Positions 9,320 to 17,802 of a DNA stretch of 64,000 bases are shown in pieces. Below the pieces are notes generated by a model. That model saw only the letters and a list, made by a program, of their open reading frames with translations, searched no databases and was not told where the DNA came from. The stretch comes from an uncultured Methanosarcinales archaeon. GTDB lineage: Archaea; Nanobdellota; Nanobdellia; Woesearchaeales; JACPBV01. Both the position numbers and the translations under genes were made by a program. Position 1 is the first letter of the stretch; every line of letters begins with the position of its first letter. The stretch is from contig CAZNZT010000003.1 in assembly GCA_964577685.1 (NCBI GenBank), forward strand, positions 11,083 to 75,082. Direction: 5' to 3'.

Positions 9320-9890
9320 TTTTCACATTTTTCATATATTCATTTTTTACGTAAACCTTTGCCATTACTTTTTTTGATGTTCTGTCTTTTATATTGAATC
9401 TTTTTATACTTTCTCTTATGGCGTTGGTTATGGAACTTGAACTTATTGTTGCTCCTGTTATAGCATCTATTTCCCCACCATCTTTTTTTATTTTTATTTG
9501 ATTCTCTGTTTTTCCAATAAATTGATTGAGGAAATCTTTTTCTTCAATTTTCGCTCCTAGCCCAGGCGTTTCTGCTTGACTGATGATTTTTATTCCGGTG
9601 ATTTTATTGTTTCTGTCAATCCCAACTAACGCATATATTGTTGATGAATAACCCTTAGCTGATACTTTCAGCACTCTTCCAACAAGATTCTTGCCTTTAT
9701 AGGCTTCATAGTAGTTCTGGTTTTCTTTAAAGGAATCTGCATCAATGATTTCCCTCAATGATGATGAAATTATGTTTTCTCTTTGTTTTATTATTATTGG
9801 ATAGGTATAATAGTTAGTTAAAGCAAGAACAGCTCCAGCTATTAATGTTGTAATCATTAAGCTTAGTCCCATTTTTATTGTTTCTTTCAT
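9297..9890 (-). CDS. rnfG: Rnf complex subunit G (FMN-binding)
   Basis: 197 aa. N-terminal anchor. ETPGLGAKI, and the covalent-FMN site motif DAITGATISSSSI. Confidence 0.85.
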   Translation of the reverse strand: MKETIKMGLSLMITTLIAGAVLALTNYYTYPIIIKQRENIISSSLREIIDADSFKENQNYYEAYKGKNLVGRVLKVSAKGYSSTIYALVGIDRNNKITGIKIISQAETPGLGAKIEEKDFLNQFIGKTENQIKIKKDGGEIDAITGATISSSSITNAIRESIKRFNIKDRTSKKVMAKVYVKNEYMKNVKNETNQTP

Positions 9891-10843
9891 TCTTTTCTTA
9901 TTGTTTCTTTTTTTTCTTTCTTTCTGTAACCAAATGGTTTTTGTTTTGTGAATCTATCAATTAGTGGGGTAGCACCATTCATCAACAATATTGAAAACAT
10001 TACTCCTTCTGGGTAGCTGGAAAATAGTCTCAGTATTATCGTTAGGATACCACATCCAAATCCGAATATTAGTTTACCTTTTTTTGTTATTGGTGTTGTA
10101 ACATAGTCTGTTGCCATAAAGAATGCTCCAAGCAATAAACCACCTGCGAAGAGATGGAAGATAGGGTCTTGCTTAAAGATAAACGAAAATATAAATACTG
10201 TGCCTATGTAGGATATAGGGATTCTCCAGTCAATAATCTTCGTTAAGAGTAGAAATATGGCTCCAATCAGTATTGCTATGGCGGATGTTTCACCAATACA
10301 GCCAGCAGTGTTCCCTAGTATCAGGTTATAATAGCTTGTTTTTATTCCCTCCAGCTTAAGCATGCCTAGTGGAGTTGCACTAGTTGTGCCATCAATATTT
10401 AGCCATGCTGTCATTAAGGCCGGCCATGAAGCAACTAGGAATGCTCTCCCCGCTAAAGCTGGATTGAAGATATTATGTCCTAAGCCTCCGAAAGTATGTT
10501 TTGCTATGGCTATCGCAAATATAGAGCCTAGGGCAGCAATCCACCATGGTACGCTTGGAGATAATATCAGACCAAGGAGTAAACCAGTAACCAATGCAGA
10601 GCCATCTTTTATGTTTTCTGGTTGTTTTCTTATCTTTAAAATAACAAACTCTGTTAATAGGGCTGCTACTACGCTAGTGCATATTACCTTAAGTGCTTTT
10701 GTTTTGAAGAAATATATGCCTGCAATTGTAGCTGGTAATAGCCCTATTATTACATAGTACATTATCTTTCTGCTAGTTGCTTTATCCTTGATGTGTGGGC
10801 TTTGGGTTGTTATCAGTCTTTTTTCTTTTATTGTTTCTTCCAT
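9887..10843 (-). CDS. rnfD: Rnf complex subunit D
   Basis: 318 aa polytopic protein. NPALAGRAFL, the flavinylation-type motif DGTTSATPLG, and YPEGVMFSILLMN are typical of RnfD/NqrB. Confidence 0.9.
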   Translation of the reverse strand: MEETIKEKRLITTQSPHIKDKATSRKIMYYVIIGLLPATIAGIYFFKTKALKVICTSVVAALLTEFVILKIRKQPENIKDGSALVTGLLLGLILSPSVPWWIAALGSIFAIAIAKHTFGGLGHNIFNPALAGRAFLVASWPALMTAWLNIDGTTSATPLGMLKLEGIKTSYYNLILGNTAGCIGETSAIAILIGAIFLLLTKIIDWRIPISYIGTVFIFSFIFKQDPIFHLFAGGLLLGAFFMATDYVTTPITKKGKLIFGFGCGILTIILRLFSSYPEGVMFSILLMNGATPLIDRFTKQKPFGYRKKEKKETIRKE

Positions 10844-10867
10844 CTTGGTTTCTTATTTTTTGTTTGT

Positions 10868-12196
10868 TTATTTCGTGCTTCGTTCTTTTTTCTTTCTTGT
10901 TATCTCTTCCTTGGCTTTTCTGATTTTCTCTACAAGTGGAATCTTTGATGGACAAACATAAGCACAACATCCACATTCATAACAATCTAGAGCAAAGTAT
11001 TCTTCTGCTTTCTCATAGTTCTCATTGTCACTATATTTTGCAATTATTGTTGGCATTAGCAACATAGGACAAACATCAATACACCTCCCACATCTGATGC
11101 ATTCTGTTTCCTTTTCCTCAGGTTCTACTATGGCTTGGACTAGGATACCAGAGCTCCCCTTTATTATTGGAACATTGTTCGTTTTTTGTGCAATCCCCAT
11201 CATGGGACCCCCGAATATTATTTTCCCTATTGCGTTTGTGTATCCTTTGCAATATTCAATTATATCTTTAGTGGGGGTACCTATCTTTACCAATAGGTTT
11301 TTTTGTTCCTTAACAGCACCTGTTACAGTTATTACCCTTTCAATTAATGGTTTTCCCTCATAAACAGCGTCATAAATTGCCTTTGCTGTTTGTACATTCT
11401 GTACAACAACACCTACATCCATCGGCAATCCTCCGTTACTTGGTACTACTCTTTTAGTTATACTATAAATCAGATTTTTTTCTGCACCTTGCGGATACCT
11501 TGTCTTTAACCTTACTACTTTTATCTTATCTGTTAATCCCATATCTTGTAGTTTTGATTCTAGGATTGCTATCGCATTTTCTTTGTTGTCTTCAATTCCT
11601 ATATAACAATATTCTGGTTCAAGAATTTTGGTTATTATTTGAAGCCCTTTTATTATCTTCTCTGGGTGTTCTAACATTACCCTATGGTCGCATGTGAGGT
11701 AAGGTTCACATTCTGCTCCATTTAGTATTACAGTATCTATTTTCTTTTCCTTTGGAGGAGTTAATTTAACATGGGTGGGAAAAGCAGCACCTCCCAGACC
11801 TACAATTCCTGCCTCCCTTATTATCCTCCTAAGTTCTTCTTTGGATAGCGTTTCAATGTTCTCCCTTTTCTTAGTAGAGTCATCTTTTTCCATCAGCTTG
11901 TCGGATTCAATAAGTATTGCCTCACACTCTTTTAAGGTAGGATGGGGTGCTTTTACAATACCTATTACAATTCCAGATACAGGGGAATGGATTGGTGCTG
12001 AGACAAAATCTGTGCTATCTGCAATCTTTTGTCCTACTTTTACTTTATCTCCTTCCTTTACTATCGGAGAACAAGGGGCACCAATGTGTTGTCTTAATGG
12101 CAAGATTACTCTTTTTGGTACCGGCATCTCTTCTGTTCTCTTCTTTCTTGTTAGTTTATTTTCCTTAAGATGTAGTCCTCCTATGAACTTTGGCAT
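10868..12196 (-). CDS. rnfC: Rnf complex subunit C
   Basis: 442 aa. NADH/FMN-type region GIVGLGGAAFPTHVKL. Two ferredoxin motifs, CIRCGRCIDVCP and CYECGCCAYVCP. Confidence 0.9.
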   Translation of the reverse strand: MPKFIGGLHLKENKLTRKKRTEEMPVPKRVILPLRQHIGAPCSPIVKEGDKVKVGQKIADSTDFVSAPIHSPVSGIVIGIVKAPHPTLKECEAILIESDKLMEKDDSTKKRENIETLSKEELRRIIREAGIVGLGGAAFPTHVKLTPPKEKKIDTVILNGAECEPYLTCDHRVMLEHPEKIIKGLQIITKILEPEYCYIGIEDNKENAIAILESKLQDMGLTDKIKVVRLKTRYPQGAEKNLIYSITKRVVPSNGGLPMDVGVVVQNVQTAKAIYDAVYEGKPLIERVITVTGAVKEQKNLLVKIGTPTKDIIEYCKGYTNAIGKIIFGGPMMGIAQKTNNVPIIKGSSGILVQAIVEPEEKETECIRCGRCIDVCPMLLMPTIIAKYSDNENYEKAEEYFALDCYECGCCAYVCPSKIPLVEKIRKAKEEITRKKKERSTK

Positions 12197-12237
12197 AGAG
12201 TTTGATTTTTTGTTTTTATATATAAAGCTTTTTGTGG

Positions 12238-13107
12238 TTAAATTATAAGAAATAAGATATTTCCAAATAAGATTGTGACTATAAACGCTATAAAGAAGCT
12301 TGGAACAAACGGGATTCCCTCTTTTATTGTTACTTTTTTTATTTTCTTCTTTTTGTATAGTTTGATAAGCATTCTGATTTGGCTTTTTTCAATACCAAGG
12401 TCTTTTGGACCACAGATGTATTTTCCTTTGTATCTGATTTCCTTAGCAATCCAGTCTCCTTCGGTTAGTTTGTGAGGGGTTACTTCTTTTATCATGCATA
12501 CCTTTTCAATTGCCTTTACAATAGCCCAAAGATAGAATGTTGCTATTGTGGTTATTAATAATACAATCATGATTATTTTGTATATTGTTTCTTTTATTAT
12601 AATGCCTAAGATGATTGTGGTTACTACAAGGGTTATAGCCAGCATCCTCATTCTGGTGGCTTTTTTGCTATGTAGGGTTCTTCTGAATTCCTTCCAAACT
12701 TTCTTTTTATTTTTAAAAATCAAGGTTAGACTCCAGGTTAGGCCATAAATGGAGCCTAAAAGCAACATATTTGTGAAGAAGCTAATCAACATTGGGAAAT
12801 CTTTTTGTTTTATGTTAAGCCCTATTAGTGCTCCTAGCCCCATTATTACTTTACTATCACCTCCTCCCCATTGACCTGCATAAAACATTACTAATGCAAA
12901 GATGAGGAATACAAGGAAACCGATTATGCTGTTTATTATAAACCAATAGTTTGAATAAATAAAGGAAAATAGAAGATTTAAGCCAAGTCCACTACATATT
13001 AGACCATAACTAAGCCAATCTGGGACCTCTCTTGTTTTTAGGTCTGTTATTGTGGCAAAAAACAAGCCTATGAGTGCTATTGAGGATGTTATCGTGTTGT
13101 GAATCAT
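12238..13107 (-). CDS. A24-family prepilin/preflagellin (archaellin) signal peptidase with an inserted soluble domain
   Basis: Polytopic. Catalytic Asp motifs ITDLKTREVPD and GGGDSKV. C-terminal GIPFVPSFFIA. Confidence 0.8.
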   Translation of the reverse strand: MIHNTITSSIALIGLFFATITDLKTREVPDWLSYGLICSGLGLNLLFSFIYSNYWFIINSIIGFLVFLIFALVMFYAGQWGGGDSKVIMGLGALIGLNIKQKDFPMLISFFTNMLLLGSIYGLTWSLTLIFKNKKKVWKEFRRTLHSKKATRMRMLAITLVVTTIILGIIIKETIYKIIMIVLLITTIATFYLWAIVKAIEKVCMIKEVTPHKLTEGDWIAKEIRYKGKYICGPKDLGIEKSQIRMLIKLYKKKKIKKVTIKEGIPFVPSFFIAFIVTILFGNILFLII

Positions 13108-13174
13108 TACAGAGTAGCTAAAAATAACAAAGTTTATAAATTTAACTTCTATACTATTAGCGTGGGGGTGTCTT

Positions 13175-13903
13175 ATGTTAGGTATGTTTAAGGATAGAAT
13201 GTCTAAGCATCTTAGTGATGGAAATCCAAGACATATAGCTCTTACTACGAGAGGAAAACATGCATATGCAAAAAAGAATAACCTCTCTATAGAGGAAGCA
13301 TATAGTCTAAGTTATCTGGCAATTATGAGTACGATTGCTTCTACCATTAAACTAAAAATTCCAATGTTGACATTTCATCTATTGTCTACCAAAGTAAAAG
13401 AGCTTGATAGTTTTCCTGTTGTGATAGATTCCCTCACAAATTTTTTCAACAACCTTTCTGAGAAAGATATTATCTCTAATAATAGAATAAGGATTTCAAT
13501 CTTGGGTAAGTGGTATGATATGCCCGGTAGATTGGTGGAGGCTATAAAGAAGATTATAGAGCAAACGGAGGATTATGCCTCCTATTTTGTGAATTTCTGT
13601 ATTAACTATAACGGACAAGAGGAAATAGTTGATGCTTTTAGGTTGATAGCTAGACAGGTCGTAGCAAAAAAAATAGACCCTGAGTCTATAGATATAAAGA
13701 CTATAAAAGAGAATACTTATTCCTCCTATTTCCCTCCTCCAGACTTGATTGTAGTCAATTATTATAGAAAAACATCTGATATTTTGTTATGGGACTCTCC
13801 AAATGCAAGTTTCTATTTTACTGATAGGTTGTGGCCAGACTTTAGTAAGGATGATCTGCTTGCTGCTATAAAGTTCTTTAGAGAGAGTTTGAATCAAAAA
13901 TAA
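13175..13903 (+). CDS. cis-prenyltransferase (UppS)-fold protein lacking the canonical catalytic residues
   Basis: UPPS-like blocks: PRHIALTTRGKHAYAKK (versus HVAIIMDGNGRWAKK), FCINYNGQEEIVDAFRLIA, PDLIVVNYYRKTSDILLWDSPNASFYFTDRLWPDF. The catalytic Asp and the RxxGE/RFG motifs are substituted or absent. Confidence 0.65.
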   Translation: MLGMFKDRMSKHLSDGNPRHIALTTRGKHAYAKKNNLSIEEAYSLSYLAIMSTIASTIKLKIPMLTFHLLSTKVKELDSFPVVIDSLTNFFNNLSEKDIISNNRIRISILGKWYDMPGRLVEAIKKIIEQTEDYASYFVNFCINYNGQEEIVDAFRLIARQVVAKKIDPESIDIKTIKENTYSSYFPPPDLIVVNYYRKTSDILLWDSPNASFYFTDRLWPDFSKDDLLAAIKFFRESLNQK

Positions 13904-14046
13904 TAAATTTTTTAAACAAACTCTAATTTCTTCTTTTTGCCTATGAGAAATGAGCCTTTAGGGGCAATGAGGCATTCAGTTCTAATTGCCTCTTGTAGAT
14001 TTTGAATTTTAGGTTTTATATGAAAGCATGCTAAGGGTGAATAAAA

Positions 14047-14598
14047 ATGACTGAAGAAAAGGTTGATGAGGTATATGAAGCAGTAGAGGTTGCAAGAGCA
14101 ACTGGAAAAATAAAGAAAGGAGCAAACGAGGTTACTAAGGCTGTGGAAAGAGGAGAAGCTAGATTGGTTATTATAGCAAAGGATGTAAGTCCTCCAGAGA
14201 TTATTATGCATTTGCCTTTGCTTTGTAAGGAAAAGGGTATTCCTTGTGTGGAGGTTCCATCTAAGGAGGAGCTTGGTACTGTGGCTGGCATTGATAAAGC
14301 AGCTTCCTCCGTAGCAATAGTCCAAGAAGGTGAGGCAAAGGATTTGATAAGGCGAATAAAGGAGAAGAGAGGGGCAAAAGAGGAAGAAAAGGGAGAAGAA
14401 GCAAAGGAAGATAAGGAGGAAAAGAAAGAAGTAAAAGAGGAAGAAAAAGGAGAAGAGGCAAAGGAAGGTAAGGAGGAAAAGAAAGAAGTAAAAGAGGAGA
14501 AAAATAAAAAAGACAGCAAAGAAAAGAAAGGAGAAAAAGAAACGGAGGAAGACAAGAAAGACAAAGATATAAAAAAGGAAGATAAAGATAAAAAGTAG
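14047..14598 (+). CDS. rpl7ae: ribosomal protein L7Ae with a long K/E-rich C-terminal tail
   Basis: Core [57 protein letters not shown], then a ~80-aa K/E tail containing a 19-aa tandem repeat. Confidence 0.9.
   Translation: MTEEKVDEVYEAVEVARATGKIKKGANEVTKAVERGEARLVIIAKDVSPPEIIMHLPLLCKEKGIPCVEVPSKEELGTVAGIDKAASSVAIVQEGEAKDLIRRIKEKRGAKEEEKGEEAKEDKEEKKEVKEEEKGEEAKEGKEEKKEVKEEKNKKDSKEKKGEKETEEDKKDKDIKKEDKDKK
14377..14499 (+). repeat. 57-nt tandem repeat (2 full copies plus the start of a third) inside the L7Ae tail
   Basis: 14377-14433 and 14434-14490 differ at a few positions only. They encode [11 protein letters not shown](D/G)KEEKKEV twice. Confidence 0.9.
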
Positions 14599-14617
14599 CG
14601 TGTGGATATGCGTAAAA

Positions 14618-14920
14618 ATGCCTAAAAAAGTTGTTAGGAGGGATTCAGGTAAGCCTAGGGGAAAGAGAGAAGAAGCTAGAAAAGGAGGAGTACATTTTAC
14701 AAAGGCTATTCCGGCTAGGGTTGAGGAAATCATAGGAAGGACAGGAACAAGAGGAGAAGCTATACAGGTTAGGTGTAAGATATTAGAAGGGAGGGACAAG
14801 AATAAGGTTATGAGAAGAAATGTGAAAGGCCCTGTTCAGGTTGGAGATATTCTTATGCTAAGAGAAACCGAAATTGAAGCAAGACCACTTGAAAAAGCTG
14901 GAAGGGGATCTGGTGCTTAA
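14618..14920 (+). CDS. rps28e: ribosomal protein S28e with a basic N-terminal extension
   Basis: [59 protein letters not shown] is a canonical S28e core. I take the ATG at 14618 (MPKKVV...) rather than the track start at 14600. Confidence 0.85.
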   Translation: MPKKVVRRDSGKPRGKREEARKGGVHFTKAIPARVEEIIGRTGTRGEAIQVRCKILEGRDKNKVMRRNVKGPVQVGDILMLRETEIEARPLEKAGRGSGA

Positions 14921-14922
14921 AA

Positions 14923-15093
14923 ATGCCAAAGTGTAGTTTTTGTGGAGAAGTTATTAAGCAAGGCACAGGCAAGATGTATGTGCAGAAGGATGCTAAAATA
15001 TTATACTTTTGCTCATCAAAATGTGAAAAGAATATGTTAAAGCTTAAGAAAAAACCTTATAATGTTAAGTGGACTAAAAGATATAAAAAGTGA
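14923..15093 (+). CDS. rpl24e: ribosomal protein L24e
   Basis: 56 aa, below the track cutoff. Manual translation: [56 protein letters not shown]. Zinc-ribbon CxxC...CxxxC and the conserved position after rps28e. Confidence 0.85.
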   Translation: MPKCSFCGEVIKQGTGKMYVQKDAKILYFCSSKCEKNMLKLKKKPYNVKWTKRYKK

Positions 15094-15095
15094 AA

Positions 15096-15608
15096 ATGGC
15101 AGTAGAACAATCCCTTGTCTTAATAAAACCTGATGGCTTGGTTAGGAGCCTTACAGGTGATATTCTATCCAAATTATCAGAGACAGGGCTAAAGATAGTT
15201 GGGGCTAAGGTTGTTCAGGTTACTAGGGAGCTTGCAGAGGAACACTATTGCCACCTAAAGGAAGAAAAATTTTTTGATGAATTAATAAAATATATAATGG
15301 GCGAATACCATACCAAAAGAGTTCTTGCTTTGGTTTACCATGGAGAAAATGCTATCAAAAAGATAAGGAAAGTTGTTGGTTCTACAAATCCAGAAAAAGC
15401 AGAACCTAGCACAATAAGGGGAAAGTATGGAAGGATAACAACACACGGCGTTTTTGAGAATGTTGTACATGCTTCAGAGAATGCTAAAGAAGCTGAAAGG
15501 GAAATAAAGCTTTGGTTTAGACCAGATGAACTGGTTTATACCATTTATCCGACTGAGTTGAGAAAAGTTACGCTTAATAAGCTATTCTGGAAAGAAGAGA
15601 AGAAATAG
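15096..15608 (+). CDS. ndk: nucleoside diphosphate kinase
   Basis: EQSLVLIKPDG..., GSTNPEKAEPSTIRGKYG, and active-site NVVHASE. ATG at 15096 preferred over the GTG at 15090. Confidence 0.9.
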   Translation: MAVEQSLVLIKPDGLVRSLTGDILSKLSETGLKIVGAKVVQVTRELAEEHYCHLKEEKFFDELIKYIMGEYHTKRVLALVYHGENAIKKIRKVVGSTNPEKAEPSTIRGKYGRITTHGVFENVVHASENAKEAEREIKLWFRPDELVYTIYPTELRKVTLNKLFWKEEKK

Positions 15609-15616
15609 GTGATACT

Positions 15617-17797
15617 ATGGGAGAACGAATGGTAGACAAAGTTACAAAGATTATGATGGATCCATCAGCTATTAGAAATATTGCTACATGTGCTCATATA
15701 GACCATGGAAAAACAACATTTTCTGATAATCTTTTAGCTGGTGCAGGAATGATGTCAAAAGAGGATGCAGGGAAGGCTTTAAAACTTGATTTTCACGAAG
15801 ATGAACAACAGAGGGGGATAACTATAGATACAGGTGCTGTTTCTATGGTTCATGGGTTAGGAGGTAAAGAGTATCTTATAAATCTATTGGATACACCTGG
15901 TCATATTGATTTCAGTGGTGATGTAACTAGGGCTATGAGGGCAGTAGATGGAGCTATTGTTCTAGTTTGTGCTGTTGAGGGAATTATGCCTCAGACAGAA
16001 ACCGTTTTAAGACAAGCATTAAAAGAGAGGGTAAAGCCCGTTTTGTATATAAATAAAGTTGATAGGTTGATAAAAGAATTGAAATTAACACCAGAACAGA
16101 TGCAAGAGAGATTTATAAAGATAATTTCTAATGTTAATAAGCTTATTAGAGAGATTGCAGAGGAAGAATATAAGGAAAAGTGGCAAGTAAATGTCCAAGA
16201 TGGTTCAGTGGCTTTTGGCTCAGCTTTTCATAATTGGGGTTTATCTCTTCCATATATGCAAAAGAAAGGAATTACTTTCAAGGACATAATAGAGGCTTAC
16301 TCTAGTGATGACCCTCAGAAGGTTAAAGAGCTTGCTGAAAAAGCTCCATTGCACGAGGTTGTTCTAAATATGGTTATTAGACATCTACCTAATCCTGTTG
16401 ATGCCCAGAAGTATAGAATACCCAAGATATGGCATGGGGAGCTAGAAAGTGAGGAGGGCAAAGCACTTTTGGATTGTGCTGCTGGTGGACCATTATTTTT
16501 TGTAATAACTAAGATTGTGATAGATCCACAAGCTGGAGAGATTTCATGTGGTAGGTTATTTTCTGGTACTATGAAAAAGGGTATAGAGGTTTATCTTAAC
16601 AGGATGAAGCAAAAGAGTAGAATTCAGCAGGTCTTTATTTATAATGGGGCAAAAAGAGAGATTGTGGATGAAGTTCCTGCTGGAAATATAATTGGTATAG
16701 CAGGGGTAAAGAGTTATGCTGGCGAGACAATCACTCTTAAAGAGACAGAACCCTTTGAGAAGATCACTCATTTGTTTGAGCCAGTAATAACCAAAGCTAT
16801 AGAACCAGTAAAACCAAGCGATTTGCCTAAGTTAATAGATGTTTTAAATGTTGTTGCAAAAGAAGACCCTACTGTCCAAATAGAGATAAATGAGGAAACT
16901 GGGGAGAACCTTATGCATGGTATGGGTGAGCTACACCTTGAGATTATTGAAAACAGAATAAGAGATGAGAAAGGATTGCAGGTTAAGACATCTAATCCTA
17001 TTGTTGTTTATCGAGAAACAGTAACGAAGAAGGGGCCTACTGTTGAAGGGAAGACTCCAAATAAGCATAATAAGTTCTATTTTCATGTAGAACCATTAGA
17101 GCCTGAGATTTATAATGCCATTAAGGAGGGGAAGATACCTGAAGGAAGAGTGAAAAAGAAGAATGTTGTGGTAAGGGATGCATTAGTGGAAGCAGGTATG
17201 GATTCTAAGATAGCAACAAAGGTTAAGGATGTTTTCAAGGGCAATATCCTTATAGACCAAACTAGAGGGATAGTTCATATAGGAGAAGTTATGGAGATGA
17301 TACTTGATATGTTTGAAGATGTCATGAATGCAGGACCTTTGGCTAGGGAGCCATGTTTAAGGGTTAAGGTTATTATAGATGATATGAAGTTACATGAGGA
17401 TGCTATCCATAGGGGACCAGCCCAGGTATACCCTGCTGTAAGAGATAGCATAAGGGGTTCTATGATGCAGGCAAGACCTGTTATATTTGAGCCATATCAG
17501 GTGTTACAAATTGAGGCTCCTAATGAGTATATGGGTGATTTATCTAAGCTAATCGGAAACAAGAGAGGACAACTTTTAGATATGAAACAAGAAGGCAGTC
17601 TAGTTGTTATAAGGGCAAAGATGCCTGTAGCAGAACTTCTTGGTTGGAGTTCTGATTTGAGGTCTGCAACAGGTGGAAGAGGTTCATCAAGCCTTGTTGA
17701 TCAGATGTTTGAGAAGGTGCCTGAGGAATTACAACAGAAAGTCATTAAACAAATAAAGGATAGAAAAGGATTAACGGATGCTATGGTTGGTGCTTAG
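15617..17797 (+). CDS. fusA: archaeal elongation factor 2 (aEF-2)
   Basis: G motifs AHIDHGKTT, DTPGHIDF, NKVDR. Diphthamide-site motif HEDAIHRGPAQ, typical of archaeal/eukaryotic EF-2. Confidence 0.95.
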   Translation: MGERMVDKVTKIMMDPSAIRNIATCAHIDHGKTTFSDNLLAGAGMMSKEDAGKALKLDFHEDEQQRGITIDTGAVSMVHGLGGKEYLINLLDTPGHIDFSGDVTRAMRAVDGAIVLVCAVEGIMPQTETVLRQALKERVKPVLYINKVDRLIKELKLTPEQMQERFIKIISNVNKLIREIAEEEYKEKWQVNVQDGSVAFGSAFHNWGLSLPYMQKKGITFKDIIEAYSSDDPQKVKELAEKAPLHEVVLNMVIRHLPNPVDAQKYRIPKIWHGELESEEGKALLDCAAGGPLFFVITKIVIDPQAGEISCGRLFSGTMKKGIEVYLNRMKQKSRIQQVFIYNGAKREIVDEVPAGNIIGIAGVKSYAGETITLKETEPFEKITHLFEPVITKAIEPVKPSDLPKLIDVLNVVAKEDPTVQIEINEETGENLMHGMGELHLEIIENRIRDEKGLQVKTSNPIVVYRETVTKKGPTVEGKTPNKHNKFYFHVEPLEPEIYNAIKEGKIPEGRVKKKNVVVRDALVEAGMDSKIATKVKDVFKGNILIDQTRGIVHIGEVMEMILDMFEDVMNAGPLAREPCLRVKVIIDDMKLHEDAIHRGPAQVYPAVRDSIRGSMMQARPVIFEPYQVLQIEAPNEYMGDLSKLIGNKRGQLLDMKQEGSLVVIRAKMPVAELLGWSSDLRSATGGRGSSSLVDQMFEKVPEELQQKVIKQIKDRKGLTDAMVGA

Positions 17798-17802
17798 ATT
17801 AT

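Noticed and set aside
5879-12196. Sigma-70 plus rnf as bacterial contamination or a chimeric assembly.
   Set aside because: Gene spacing is continuous. The sigma stop codon overlaps the stop codon of the archaeal-type thrS, and an archaeal-type prepilin/preflagellin (A24) signal peptidase follows 41 bp upstream of rnfC on the same strand. Composition looks uniform by eye. This still deserves read-level verification.
13951-13992. Possible K-turn or autoregulatory element upstream of rpl7ae. There is a clear hairpin, gaggca-N12-tgcctc (13969-13992), and nearby tgag/atgag motifs.
   Set aside because: I could not place tandem sheared G-A pairs next to a 3-nt bulge in any register. The hairpin also follows a T-rich tract after the upstream gene, so it may just belong to that gene's 3' end. 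A covariance search would be needed.
13912-14799. Long minus-strand ORFs (295 aa, 177 aa, 66 aa) opposite rpl7ae/rps28e, with F/L/S-rich low-complexity products.
   Set aside because: They are antisense shadows of the purine-rich K/E-coding tail of L7Ae. They have no start context, and they overlap two conserved ribosomal protein genes on the other strand.
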